Position numbers and translations under genes: made by a program. The notes beneath the pieces were generated by a model. The model did not search any database. It worked only from the letters and a program-made list of their open reading frames with translations, and was not told where the DNA came from. A stretch of DNA of 44,890 nt from a bacterium (GTDB lineage: Bacteria; Actinomycetota; UBA4738; HRBIN12): positions 668 through 45,557 of the forward strand of contig JAHEXX010000002.1 of NCBI GenBank assembly GCA_023251895.1. The letters run 5' to 3'. This document shows, piece after piece, positions 1 through 9,007 of this stretch. Every line of letters begins with the position of its first letter. Positions within the stretch are counted from its first letter, which is position 1.

Positions 1-641
1 CGTTCGTGTCGGGCGAGGTCGCGGTGGCCGACGCGTCGGCGGTGACCACCCAGCGCAGGCGGAGCGTCGGATCGATCCTGCTGTTCATCGCGGGTTTCGG
101 CGCCGTCTTCACTGCCCTAGGGGCGTTCAGCACCGCCCTGGTCCCGATCCTGAAGTCGACGGTGGGGCTGCGGCTGGCCGGGGTCGTGGTGGCCCTGTTC
201 GGGGCCGCGCTGTTGCTGTACGGACTCCGGCTAGGGTCCCCTGGGCTGTACGCGGAACACCGGCCGTTCCTCGACAAGGTGAGGCCAGGCCGGGCGTGGG
301 CCTTCCCGCTGGGGATGGCCTTCGCGGCCGGGTGGACGCCGTGCATCGGTCCGGTGCTGGGGGCGATCTTCACGCTGGCCGCGGCACAGGGGGGCGCGGT
401 GCGGGGGATGTTCCTGATGGCGGCCTATTCGGTGGGGCTGGGTCTGCCGTTCCTGCTCGTCGGGGTGGGGCTGACCCGGATCATGGAGGCCCTATCGGTG
501 GTCAAGCGCAATTACCGATGGATCGCGGTGTCTTCTGGGGGCCTCATGCTGGCGATCGGCGCGCTGATGGTGACCGGGGCGTGGGTCACGCTGCTGAACC
601 CGGTGCTTCAGTGGGTCGGACGGTTCACCCCGGCGCTATGA
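1..641 (+). CDS. ccdA: Cytochrome c biogenesis thiol-disulfide transporter CcdA (DsbD-like membrane domain); 5' end lies outside the window
   Basis: Frame 3 is open from position 3 (FVSGEV...), extending track ORF 6..641. Polytopic hydrophobic protein with the conserved AAGWTPCIGPVLG motif. Its stop overlaps the next start (ATGA 638-641). Sits directly before resB/resC. Confidence 0.85.
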   Translation, partial: FVSGEVAVADASAVTTQRRRSVGSILLFIAGFGAVFTALGAFSTALVPILKSTVGLRLAGVVVALFGAALLLYGLRLGSPGLYAEHRPFLDKVRPGRAWAFPLGMAFAAGWTPCIGPVLGAIFTLAAAQGGAVRGMFLMAAYSVGLGLPFLLVGVGLTRIMEALSVVKRNYRWIAVSSGGLMLAIGALMVTGAWVTLLNPVLQWVGRFTPAL

Positions 642-2206
642 GCGACGTCCGGAGGTCCCTGGCCCTGGTGTGGCGGACCCTCCGATCGATGCGGACCGCG
701 CTGGTCCTGCTGCTGCTGTTGGCCGTTGCGGCCATCGCAGGGTCCCTGATCCCCCAAGCCATGAACTCCCCGGCCCGGGTGGAGGCGATGTTCCGCGACC
801 ACCCGGCCCTGGCGCGCTTCTACAACGCGGCCGGCCTGTTCGACGTGTACGGGTCGTGGTGGTTCACGTTCATCTACACGCTGCTCCTGATCTCGCTGGC
901 GGCCTGCCTGCTCCCCCGGAGCCGGGCCCTGGTCCGAAACGTCCGGGCCCGGCCGGTCGCGGCCCGGGAGCTGGACGGCTTCCGCCACTACGCGGAGCGC
1001 ACGATCCCCGCCGACCCGGAGCGGGTGATCACGGGAGCGCGGCGGGTCTTGCGGCGCCGCCTGTTCCGGGTGGAGGCCGCGAACGGGCGGGCCCCGGGGC
1101 TGGCGGCGGACAAGGGACTGGCCCGGGAGGCCGGCAGCCTCCTGTTCCACTGGTCGTTCTTCCTGATCCTGATCGGCATCGTCTGGGGGAAGGGAACGGG
1201 GTTCACCGGGTTCGCGGTGATCGCGGAGGGCGAGACGTGGACCGAGGCCCACGCGAACTACGACGGGAACATCCGCGAGGGCCGGTTCTTCAACGAGGAC
1301 CACTCCGGCGTTCAGATCCGTGTGGACGACTTCCAGGTCACGTACGGTCCGAACCTGGTGCCGAAGGACTTCGTGACGCGCGGTGAGCTACTCGATCCGC
1401 GGGGGAACCCGGTGAGACGAGTGGACATCCGCGTGAACCATCCCGCCGAGGAGGGCGGTGTGAAGTTCTACCAGTCGGGATTCGGATGGGCGCCGGTGAT
1501 CGAGGTCCGCGACGGCGGCGACGTGCTGTATCGGGGTCCCGTCCCCTTCGCTGAGGACCCTCCCCCGAAGGGGGTCGGCCAGCTCCAGCTGCCCTGGCAC
1601 GGGGTGGTGCGGCTTCCCACGTTGGATCCGCAGGCCGGGATCCAGTTCGAGCTATGGCCGGACAGCCGGGCGCTGCTGATGCTGCAGAGCACCGGGGTCG
1701 CCCCGCCGATGCCCTACGCCTTTGCGCCGGTGATGCGGTACACCGTGTACCGGGGCAACCTGGACGCCTCGCCGGTCCGATCATCCACCCGGTTGGACAC
1801 GACGCTCCTGCACACGGAGGCGAGCGGCATCGTGGGCGCCGCGACCACGGTGGACGTGGCCTCGGGAAGGATCGTCGAACCCGGCCCGAGCGGGGCGATC
1901 GATTACCCGAAAGGCCTTTCGATCACGTTCCCCGAGCTGCGCCGGTACACGGTCCTCGAGGTGGCCCGGGACCGGGGCCTGTGGATCGAGTTGCTGGCGG
2001 CTATCCTCATCCTCCTGGGCCTTTTGCCGGCGCTGTATACGTCGAGGCGGAAGGTCTGGGTGACCGCCGAACCCGACGGGGGGGCCGGCACCGTACTGAA
2101 GGTCGGGGGGTTCGCCCTGCAGCGGAAGACCCAGTTCGAGGAAGAGTTCGACCGGCTCGTGAACGAGCTGGCCGGGGCGTCCTCGGGGAGGGCGGAGGGC
2201 TCGTGA
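638..2206 (+). CDS. resB: Cytochrome c biogenesis protein ResB/Ccs1 (System II)
   Basis: Start set at ATG 638 inside track ORF 296..2206 (MSDVRRSLALVWRTLRSMRTALVLLLLL...). N-terminal TM helices, a large extracytoplasmic domain and a C-terminal TM helix. Lies between ccdA and resC. The upstream part of the track ORF is an out-of-frame read through ccdA. Confidence 0.85.
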   Translation: MSDVRRSLALVWRTLRSMRTALVLLLLLAVAAIAGSLIPQAMNSPARVEAMFRDHPALARFYNAAGLFDVYGSWWFTFIYTLLLISLAACLLPRSRALVRNVRARPVAARELDGFRHYAERTIPADPERVITGARRVLRRRLFRVEAANGRAPGLAADKGLAREAGSLLFHWSFFLILIGIVWGKGTGFTGFAVIAEGETWTEAHANYDGNIREGRFFNEDHSGVQIRVDDFQVTYGPNLVPKDFVTRGELLDPRGNPVRRVDIRVNHPAEEGGVKFYQSGFGWAPVIEVRDGGDVLYRGPVPFAEDPPPKGVGQLQLPWHGVVRLPTLDPQAGIQFELWPDSRALLMLQSTGVAPPMPYAFAPVMRYTVYRGNLDASPVRSSTRLDTTLLHTEASGIVGAATTVDVASGRIVEPGPSGAIDYPKGLSITFPELRRYTVLEVARDRGLWIELLAAILILLGLLPALYTSRRKVWVTAEPDGGAGTVLKVGGFALQRKTQFEEEFDRLVNELAGASSGRAEGS

Positions 2207-3174
2207 CCTCGGCGCAGTGGGCCCGGCTGTCCCAGGACCTGTTCAACGCTGCCATGGCGGCCTACATCGCGGCCATGGTCGGCTATTTCCACTACCTGGT
2301 GTTCCGCAAGCGGCCGGCGTGGATCGCGGCCCGGGGGCTGGCCGTCGTGGGCGTTGGCGCGCATACGGCCTCGGTCGTCTCCCGGGGGATAGCCGCCGGC
2401 CGCGTGCCTTGGGGCAACATGTACGAATACTCCTCGCTCCTCGCGCTGCTGGTGGTGGCCGGATACCTCGTGATCGTTGAGGGCCGGTACAAGGTTCGGA
2501 CGCTCGGCGGGTTCGTGCTGGCGTTCTCGGTGCTCACGATGGGCATCGCCGCGGTCAGGCTGAGGGTTCCCCCGGGCCCGCTGGTGCCGGCCCTGAACTC
2601 CTATTGGATCAAGATCCACGTCGTGGCCGCCATCGTGGGCTCGTCGCTGTTCGCGCTGGGCGGCGGGGTCCTCACGATCCTGTACCTGGTGCAGGACGCC
2701 CGGGAACGGCGGGAAGCGGCGACGCTTGCGGCGCAAGCGCCGCCGCCGATCATGGGTGGCGCGTCGATCGACACGGACCCGGACGCCCCGCCTCACTTCG
2801 AGGCGGGCGGCGACGATCCGGCCGCCGGGACAACGCCGGTCCCGAGGGCGCTGCTCCCCCCGGCCGCCGTGCTCGACCGGATGGCCTATCGGACCATCGC
2901 GTTCGCCTTCCCCATCTGGACCTTCGCGGTGATCGCCGGGGCCATCTGGGCCGAGAACGCGTGGGGCCGCTATTGGGGCTGGGATCCCAAAGAGACCTGG
3001 TCGTTCATCACGTGGGTGATCTACGCCGGGTACCTGCACGCCCGATCCACCGCGGGGTGGAAGGGGCGGAAGGCCGCCGTCCTGGCTCTGGTCGGGTTCG
3101 CCTCGCTGCTCGTCACGTACTACGCCGTGAACCTGTTCATCGTGGGCCTGCACTCGTACGCGGGTGTCCCGTGA
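2203..3174 (+). CDS. resC: Cytochrome c biogenesis heme-handling protein CcsA/ResC (System II)
   Basis: GTG 2203 overlaps the resB stop (GTGA). Polytopic protein with the Trp-rich heme-handling motif WGRYWGWDPKETWSFITW. Start lies inside track ORF 1654..3174. Confidence 0.9.
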   Translation: MTSAQWARLSQDLFNAAMAAYIAAMVGYFHYLVFRKRPAWIAARGLAVVGVGAHTASVVSRGIAAGRVPWGNMYEYSSLLALLVVAGYLVIVEGRYKVRTLGGFVLAFSVLTMGIAAVRLRVPPGPLVPALNSYWIKIHVVAAIVGSSLFALGGGVLTILYLVQDARERREAATLAAQAPPPIMGGASIDTDPDAPPHFEAGGDDPAAGTTPVPRALLPPAAVLDRMAYRTIAFAFPIWTFAVIAGAIWAENAWGRYWGWDPKETWSFITWVIYAGYLHARSTAGWKGRKAAVLALVGFASLLVTYYAVNLFIVGLHSYAGVP

Positions 3175-3263
3175 CGGGTCACGCGTGCGTGGACGGGGGT
3201 GGTATCGTGCGCGGTGCCCCGGTGCCGGGGCATGGATCCCTCGGTCCAGCGGAGAGGTAGAGC

Positions 3264-4334
3264 GTGCGGAGGAAGCTGTGGCTGGTCATGGGCGTCGTCG
3301 CCCTGGCCGCCCTGTCGGTGTCCTGCGTTTCCAACGCCTCGCAGGACGCACTGAAACCGCAGGGGCCGTACGCCCAGGAGATCAACAACCTGTTCACGTC
3401 GGTGTTCTGGATCGCGGCCGCGATTTTCTTCCTGGTCGAGGGCGTGTTGGTCCTGTTCGTGGTGAAGTACCGGCACCGCATGGGCCGGACCGAGATCCCG
3501 CCCCAGATCCACGGCAACACCCGCCTGGAGATCGCCTGGACCATCCTCCCCGCCCTGATCCTGGCCGGGGTGGCCGTGCCGACCGTGGCCACGATCTGGG
3601 ATCTGGCCGGGAAGCCCACCGGCGACGTGATGCACGTGACCGTGATCGGCCACCAGTTCTGGTGGGAGTACCGGTACACGGATCCCGACATGAAGACGGC
3701 GTCGGGGAACCCCATCACCACCGCGAACGTCATGGTGATCCCGGAGAACAAGACCGTGTACCTCTCGATCGAAGCCGAGCCGAAGGACATCCCGGTGGGG
3801 GAAACCGTGATCCACTCGTTCTGGATCCCGGAGCTGGCCGGCACGCAGGACGCGGTCCCGGGGCGCACGAACCACATCTACATGCAGGCCGATCACCCGG
3901 GTACGTACTGGGGTCAGTGCAAGGAGCTGTGCGGCCTGTCCCACGCCAACATGCGGACCAAGGTGGTCGCCGAGACCGCGACCGACTTCGCCACGTGGGT
4001 GGCCGCCCAACAGGCCCCGGCCGCCCGGTCCGGTGACCTGCTGGCGCAGCGGGGCGCCGAGGTGTTCGCGGGCGGCCAGTGCATCCTGTGCCACACGATC
4101 GACGGCCTGCAGACCGCGGCCGGGAACCCGGTCGCGGGGATCGGCGGGCCCAACCTGACCCACTTCGCCAGCCGCGACTGCTTCGCCGGCTGCACGTTCA
4201 GGACGAACCCCGACGAGCTGCGGAAATGGCTGGCCGACCCGCCGGCGCGAAAGCCCGGCGCGGCGATGCCCAACTACCACCTGAGCGAGGACCAGATCAA
4301 CGCGCTGGTCGCCTACCTGCTCTCGCTGAACTGA
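3264..4334 (+). CDS. ctaC: Cytochrome c oxidase subunit II with fused C-terminal cytochrome c domain (caa3-type)
   Basis: GTG start preceded by GGAGAGG. Lipoprotein-like signal (LAALSVSC). CuA ligand pattern HSFWIPE...CKELCGLSHANM. C-terminal heme c site CILCH. Confidence 0.95.
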   Translation: MRRKLWLVMGVVALAALSVSCVSNASQDALKPQGPYAQEINNLFTSVFWIAAAIFFLVEGVLVLFVVKYRHRMGRTEIPPQIHGNTRLEIAWTILPALILAGVAVPTVATIWDLAGKPTGDVMHVTVIGHQFWWEYRYTDPDMKTASGNPITTANVMVIPENKTVYLSIEAEPKDIPVGETVIHSFWIPELAGTQDAVPGRTNHIYMQADHPGTYWGQCKELCGLSHANMRTKVVAETATDFATWVAAQQAPAARSGDLLAQRGAEVFAGGQCILCHTIDGLQTAAGNPVAGIGGPNLTHFASRDCFAGCTFRTNPDELRKWLADPPARKPGAAMPNYHLSEDQINALVAYLLSLN

Positions 4335-4350
4335 TGGAGGACCGGCTGAC

Positions 4351-6228
4351 ATGGCAAGCGTGAGCGTTCCGGCGGAGGGGGCCAGGCCCCGGGGGCTGCT
4401 GCGGCGTCCCACCGCGACCACCGGCGTGTGGAGCTGGATCACGACGGTCGACCACAAGCGGATCGGGCTGCTCTACGGGGCGACGGCGCTGCTCTTCTTC
4501 CTGATCGGGGGGACCGAGGCGCTGTTCATCCGGCTGCAGCTGGCCGAGCCGAACGGCCAGGTGCTCTCGGCCGATACCTACAACCAGTTCTTCACGATGC
4601 ACGGCCTCACGATGATCTTCTTCGTCGTGATGCCGCTGTCGGCCGCGTTCTTCAACTACCTGATCCCACTGATGATCGGGGCCCGCGACGTGGCCTTCCC
4701 CCGGCTGAACGCCTTCAGCTACTGGGCCTTCCTGGCCGGCGGCCTGTTCCTGTACTCCAGCTTCTTCCTGGGCGGCGCGCCGAACAACGGGTGGTTCTCG
4801 TACCAGCCCCTCGCGGAGACGTCCGCCGGGAACGGCGCGAACTTCTACGCCGCGGGGCTCATCATCACCGGCCTCGCGTCCACGGTCTCGGCGGTGAACC
4901 TGGCCGTGACGATCATCAACATGCGGGCTCCTGGTATGACGCTGTTCCGCATGCCGGTGTTCATCTGGATGGGCCTGACCGTGCAGCTCCTGCTGGCCTT
5001 CTCCCTGCCGATCATCACGGTCGCGCTGTTCGAGATGCTGTTCGACAAGCGGTTCGGGACGCACTTCTTCGACCCCAAGACCGGGGGCGACCCCGTCCTT
5101 TGGCAGCACCTGTTCTGGCTGTTCGGCCACCCGGAGGTGTACGTCCTGATCCTGCCGGCCATGGGCATCGTGTCCGAGGTCCTGCCGGTGTTCGCCCGCA
5201 AGCCGTTGTTCGGCTACCAGTTCGTGGTGTTCGCGGGGATCGCCATCGGGTTCATCGGGTTCGGCGTGTGGGTGCACCACATGTTCGCGGTGGGCCTGGG
5301 TCCGGTGGCCAACACCGCGTTCGCGGTGTCCACGATGATCATAGCGGTGCCCACCGGGATCAAGATCTTCAACTGGATGGGCACGCTGTGGAGGGGCGAC
5401 CTCCGCTTCACGACGGCCATGATGTTCGCCATAGGGTTCGTCGGGCTGTTCGTGATCGGCGGCCTCTCCGGCGTGACCCACGCGGTCGTTCCGTCGGACT
5501 TCCAGCAGACCGACACCTACTACATCGTGGCCCACTTCCACTACGTCCTGTTCGCCGGGGCCATCTTCGGCCTGTTCGCGGGGCTCTATTACTGGTGGCC
5601 CAAGGCCTTCGGGCGCCGGCTGTCCGAGGGCTGGGGCAAGGCGCATTTCTGGTTGATGTTCGTCGGCGCCAACCTGACCTTCGGGCCCATGCACATGCTG
5701 GGACTCCAGGGGATGCCGCGCCGCATCTACACGTACCCGGCTCGGCTGGGGTTGGGGTTCTGGAATCTGGTCGCCACGATCGGGGCGTTCACGATCGCGC
5801 TCTCGGTCTTGGTCTTCCTAGCGAACGTGATAGTGACCTCGCGGAAGGCGGCGCAGCACGAGGCAGACCCCTGGGACGGGCGGACCCTGGAGTGGACCAC
5901 CTCCTCGCCGCCCCCCCCGTACAACTTCGAGGAGATCCCCGCGGTCCACTCCCTCGACGACCACTGGCACCGCAAGTACGCGGAGGGGAAGGGCGGAACC
6001 CTGGTCCCTGTGCCCGCGGGAGGAGCCGACCACCATGCCGAGGCGCAGTCGGGCGGGCACGGTATCCACCTGCCGGGCCCCTCGTACTACCCGATCGTGG
6101 CATCGATCGGCCTTCCGATCATCGGGTACGGCGTCGTGTATCCCAAACTCTGGTGGCTGGCCATCGCCGGCGCGGTGGTCCTCCTGGTCGGCCTGTACGG
6201 ATGGGCCCTCGAGCCCTCGGCGGAATAG
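4351..6228 (+). CDS. ctaD: Cytochrome c oxidase subunit I (A-type heme-copper oxidase, 14-TM Bacillus-like form)
   Basis: 625 aa. Motifs WLFGHPEVYVLILP and WVHHMFAVG, and the DHKRIGLLY N-terminus typical of subunit I. Confidence 0.97.
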   Translation: MASVSVPAEGARPRGLLRRPTATTGVWSWITTVDHKRIGLLYGATALLFFLIGGTEALFIRLQLAEPNGQVLSADTYNQFFTMHGLTMIFFVVMPLSAAFFNYLIPLMIGARDVAFPRLNAFSYWAFLAGGLFLYSSFFLGGAPNNGWFSYQPLAETSAGNGANFYAAGLIITGLASTVSAVNLAVTIINMRAPGMTLFRMPVFIWMGLTVQLLLAFSLPIITVALFEMLFDKRFGTHFFDPKTGGDPVLWQHLFWLFGHPEVYVLILPAMGIVSEVLPVFARKPLFGYQFVVFAGIAIGFIGFGVWVHHMFAVGLGPVANTAFAVSTMIIAVPTGIKIFNWMGTLWRGDLRFTTAMMFAIGFVGLFVIGGLSGVTHAVVPSDFQQTDTYYIVAHFHYVLFAGAIFGLFAGLYYWWPKAFGRRLSEGWGKAHFWLMFVGANLTFGPMHMLGLQGMPRRIYTYPARLGLGFWNLVATIGAFTIALSVLVFLANVIVTSRKAAQHEADPWDGRTLEWTTSSPPPPYNFEEIPAVHSLDDHWHRKYAEGKGGTLVPVPAGGADHHAEAQSGGHGIHLPGPSYYPIVASIGLPIIGYGVVYPKLWWLAIAGAVVLLVGLYGWALEPSAE

Positions 6229-6236
6229 GGACGGTC

Positions 6237-6851
6237 GTGGCGCAGGCGGTACACGAGGCACACGGGGCGGACCACGAGACCAGCACCGGCCTGCCCAACG
6301 TCAAGCTGGGGATGTGGCTGTTCCTGGCGTCCGAGTGCCTGCTGTTCGGCGCCCTGATCTCCACCTACGTGCTGTACCGCGGCAGTATCGGCGAGGGCGT
6401 TCACCCCATCGACGTCTTCGACATCGCGTACACGTCGATCTCCTCGTTCGTCCTGCTGGCATCGAGCCTCACGATGGTGCTGGCCCTTTCGGCCATCCAG
6501 CGCGGCGACCAGGTCCGCCTGCGGCTGTGGCTGATGACGACCGCCATGCTCGGCATGGTGTTCGTCGGGGGTCAGGTGTACGAGTTCACGTCGTTCATCC
6601 GCGAGGGGATGACCATCAAGACGAACGTGACGTCCGGCGCCTTCTACACGCTGACCGGGTTCCACGGAGCGCACGTCACGGTGGGGATCCTCATGCTGCT
6701 CTCCCTGGTCGTCCTGTCGGGCCTGGGCCGGCTGGGGCAGGAGCGGAGCCAGGTCGTGGAGCTGGTGGGGTTGTACTGGCACTTCGTCGACATCGTGTGG
6801 ATCGTGATCTTCACGGTCGTGTATCTGATCCCGGCGGGAACGGCGAGGTAG
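6237..6851 (+). CDS. ctaE: Cytochrome c oxidase subunit III
   Basis: Start set at GTG 6237 inside track ORF 4428..6851 (VAQAVHEAHG...LGMWLFLASECLLFGALISTY). About 204 aa, 5 TM helices, ends ...HFVDIVWIVIFTVVYLI. The upstream 600 aa of the track ORF is an alternative frame of ctaD. Confidence 0.9.
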   Translation: MAQAVHEAHGADHETSTGLPNVKLGMWLFLASECLLFGALISTYVLYRGSIGEGVHPIDVFDIAYTSISSFVLLASSLTMVLALSAIQRGDQVRLRLWLMTTAMLGMVFVGGQVYEFTSFIREGMTIKTNVTSGAFYTLTGFHGAHVTVGILMLLSLVVLSGLGRLGQERSQVVELVGLYWHFVDIVWIVIFTVVYLIPAGTAR

Positions 6852-6858
6852 GGGGACG

Positions 6859-7191
6859 ATGGACGTCGAGACGAACCAAGAACCGCCGGAGCGGCCGGCC
6901 GTGGCCAGGGCCGAGCGGCATCCCGGCCCCAAGGAGTACATCCGGATCGCGATCATCCTGGGGGCGGTGACGGCCATGGAGGTCGCGATCTACTACGCGG
7001 ACGTCCCGCACCCCCTGTTCATCGCCACGCTGATCTTCTTCTCGTTCGTCAAGTTCTCCCTGGTCGTGCTGTGGTTCATGCACCTCAAGTTCGATAGCAG
7101 GACCTACGCCCGGTTCTTCGTGATGGGGCTGGCCCTGGCGGCCACCCTGTACTTCGTCGTGCTGATCTCGTTCCGGGCGTTCCAGGGGTAG
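6859..7191 (+). CDS. ctaF: Cytochrome c oxidase subunit IV (prokaryotic COX4 / CtaF-like)
   Basis: 110 aa, three hydrophobic helices, FVKFSLVVLWFMHLKFD motif. Position immediately after ctaE matches the Bacillus ctaCDEFG order. Confidence 0.8.
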   Translation: MDVETNQEPPERPAVARAERHPGPKEYIRIAIILGAVTAMEVAIYYADVPHPLFIATLIFFSFVKFSLVVLWFMHLKFDSRTYARFFVMGLALAATLYFVVLISFRAFQG

Positions 7192-7194
7192 GGC

Positions 7195-8031
7195 ATGCGA
7201 CTCAGTCCCTTCCACGTGCACGCCGATGTCCTCATGATCCTGGGGGGCGTGTGGGCCTGGTACGGGCTGACCGTCCGGCGGCACCGCTCCAGTCACCCGG
7301 ACGATCGGGTCTCGCGGCGGAAGGTCGTGCTGTTCTCGCTGGGGATGGCGACGCTTCTGGTCGGCAGCTCCTGGCCCATCCACGACCTGGCCGAGCGCTA
7401 CCTATACAGCGTGCACATGGTCCAGCACATGCTGTACTCGCTGGTTGCGCCCCCGCTGCTGATCGCGGGGATGCCGGTGTGGCTGTTGCGGAGGATCCTC
7501 GCGCCACGGCCGGTGGCCGCGGCCTTTCGGGTGCTGTCGCGGCCGCTCGTGGCGCTCGTCGTGTTCAACGCCGCCTTGCTGTTCACGCATTGGCCGGCCG
7601 TGGTGGAGTCGTCGGTTCGGTCGCAGCACCTGCACTTCTCGTTGCACGTGCTGCTCGTGGGGTCGGCCCTGCTGATGTGGTGGCCGGTGATGTCGCCGCT
7701 GCCCGAGTACCCCCCGCTTCCGCTTCCGGGGCAGATGCTGTACGTATTCCTGCAGTCGCTCGCGCCGACGATCCCGGCATCGTTCCTGACGTTCGGGCAC
7801 AGCCCCCTGTACCCGGTCTACGCGACGTTCCCCAGGATCTGGGGGATCTCGGCCCTGACCGACCAGCTGCTCGCGGGGCTGATCATGAAGCTGGTGGGCG
7901 GCGCGATCCTTTGGGTGGTCATCGCCACCGTGTTCTTCCGCTGGCACGCGAAGGAAGAGCGCGACGGGCTGGATCCGCTGAAGTACCGGGACGTGGAGCG
8001 TGACGTCCGATTGGAGCTGACCAAGCGATGA
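7195..8031 (+). CDS. ctaG: Cytochrome c oxidase assembly factor CtaG (Bacillus caa3_CtaG type, polytopic membrane protein)
   Basis: 278 aa polytopic protein starting 3 nt after the ctaF stop. Position and size fit the caa3-type CtaG family. Contains HMVQHML and WWPVMSPLPE motifs. Confidence 0.8.
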   Translation: MRLSPFHVHADVLMILGGVWAWYGLTVRRHRSSHPDDRVSRRKVVLFSLGMATLLVGSSWPIHDLAERYLYSVHMVQHMLYSLVAPPLLIAGMPVWLLRRILAPRPVAAAFRVLSRPLVALVVFNAALLFTHWPAVVESSVRSQHLHFSLHVLLVGSALLMWWPVMSPLPEYPPLPLPGQMLYVFLQSLAPTIPASFLTFGHSPLYPVYATFPRIWGISALTDQLLAGLIMKLVGGAILWVVIATVFFRWHAKEERDGLDPLKYRDVERDVRLELTKR

Positions 8032-8972
8032 AGCGGCAGACCCGCGACCGGCTGGTGCTGCCCCTGCTGATCCCGGTGGGAGCCCTCCTGATCATCCTGG
8101 TGGCCGTGCTGGGGTTCTCCCGCATCCTCCTGTCGCTGTCCCCACATGCCGCCAACGCCACGGCGCTGGTGGTCGTCGCCTCGATCATGGGGGTCGCTGC
8201 CAGGGTAGCCACGCTGAAGCGCCTCACCGCGGCCAGCCTGGTGCCGACGGTGGCCGTCGTCGCAGGTGTGGCCATGCTGGCCGGCGGGATCGCGGTGGCC
8301 ACGATCGGCCCCGAGAAGCCGCCGCCGGAGGTGCCGGTCCTGAACCTCGCGGCCCCGGTGGATGCGGCCACGGCCGGGTACTCGGAGACCGAGCTCACGG
8401 CGCCGGCGGACACGACGTTCAAGATCCTATTCGACAACCGAGACACGAAGGCGCCGAACAACACCCACAACGTCACCGTGACCGACTCCCAGGATCTCGC
8501 GTCGGCCACGGTGATCGGCAAGACGCCGCTCTCCCCCGGGCCGTCGAAGCATCCCCTCACGGTGGCTCCCTTGAAGGTGGGGACCTTCTACTTCCACTGC
8601 GAGGCCCACCCCACGACGATGACCGGGACGTTGAACGTCGTGGCGGGCGGCGGGGCCCCGTCCGGTGCGCCGTCGGCTGGCGGTGGGGGCGGGAACGCCA
8701 TCAGCGTGACGGCTGCCAACACGCAGTTCGACACGAACCAGATCAACCTGCCGGCGAACGCCGACGTCAAGCTGACGTTCGAGAACAAGGACACCCTCTC
8801 GCACAACCTGTCGATCTACACGGACTCCTCCGCGACGAAGAAGCTGTTCGGGTTCGACTACTTCGCCGGACCGGCCACCAAGGAGTTCACGATCCCGGGC
8901 CTTCCTGCCGGCTCCTACTACTTCAAGTGCGACGTCCACGCGCAGATGAACGGGACGGTCTCGGTCGCCTGA
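8028..8972 (+). CDS. Membrane-anchored protein with two type-1 (blue) copper cupredoxin domains
   Basis: ATG overlaps the ctaG stop (ATGA 8028-8031). About 3 N-terminal TM helices. Two domains, each with a His (NNTHNVTV; DTLSHNLSI) and a Cys-x2-His-x2/3-Met loop (FHCEAHPTTM; FKCDVHAQM), joined by a Gly-rich linker. Confidence 0.8.
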   Translation: MKRQTRDRLVLPLLIPVGALLIILVAVLGFSRILLSLSPHAANATALVVVASIMGVAARVATLKRLTAASLVPTVAVVAGVAMLAGGIAVATIGPEKPPPEVPVLNLAAPVDAATAGYSETELTAPADTTFKILFDNRDTKAPNNTHNVTVTDSQDLASATVIGKTPLSPGPSKHPLTVAPLKVGTFYFHCEAHPTTMTGTLNVVAGGGAPSGAPSAGGGGGNAISVTAANTQFDTNQINLPANADVKLTFENKDTLSHNLSIYTDSSATKKLFGFDYFAGPATKEFTIPGLPAGSYYFKCDVHAQMNGTVSVA

Positions 8973-9007
8973 CGCCGCTCCGCGGGGGGGCTGCTAGCGT
9001 GGACGGC

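Noticed and set aside
5950-6228. C-terminal roughly 70-aa extension of CtaD (HGIHLPGPSYYPIVASIGLPIIGYG...), considered as a possible fusion with subunit III or IV.
   Set aside because: The length and two extra TM helices fit the known 14-helix Bacillus-type CtaD. Separate ctaE and ctaF genes follow immediately, so no fusion needs to be invoked.
4428-6236. Long same-strand N-terminal extensions of track ORFs. Examples: 4428..6851, 296..2206, 1654..3174, 15151..16800, 15744..17366, 18001..21099, 9484..12084 upstream of 11307.
   Set aside because: The extended parts are alternative-frame read-throughs of the preceding conserved gene (Arg/Pro/Gly-rich). The conserved family sequence begins at an internal ATG or GTG that overlaps or abuts the previous stop, so starts were re-assigned there.
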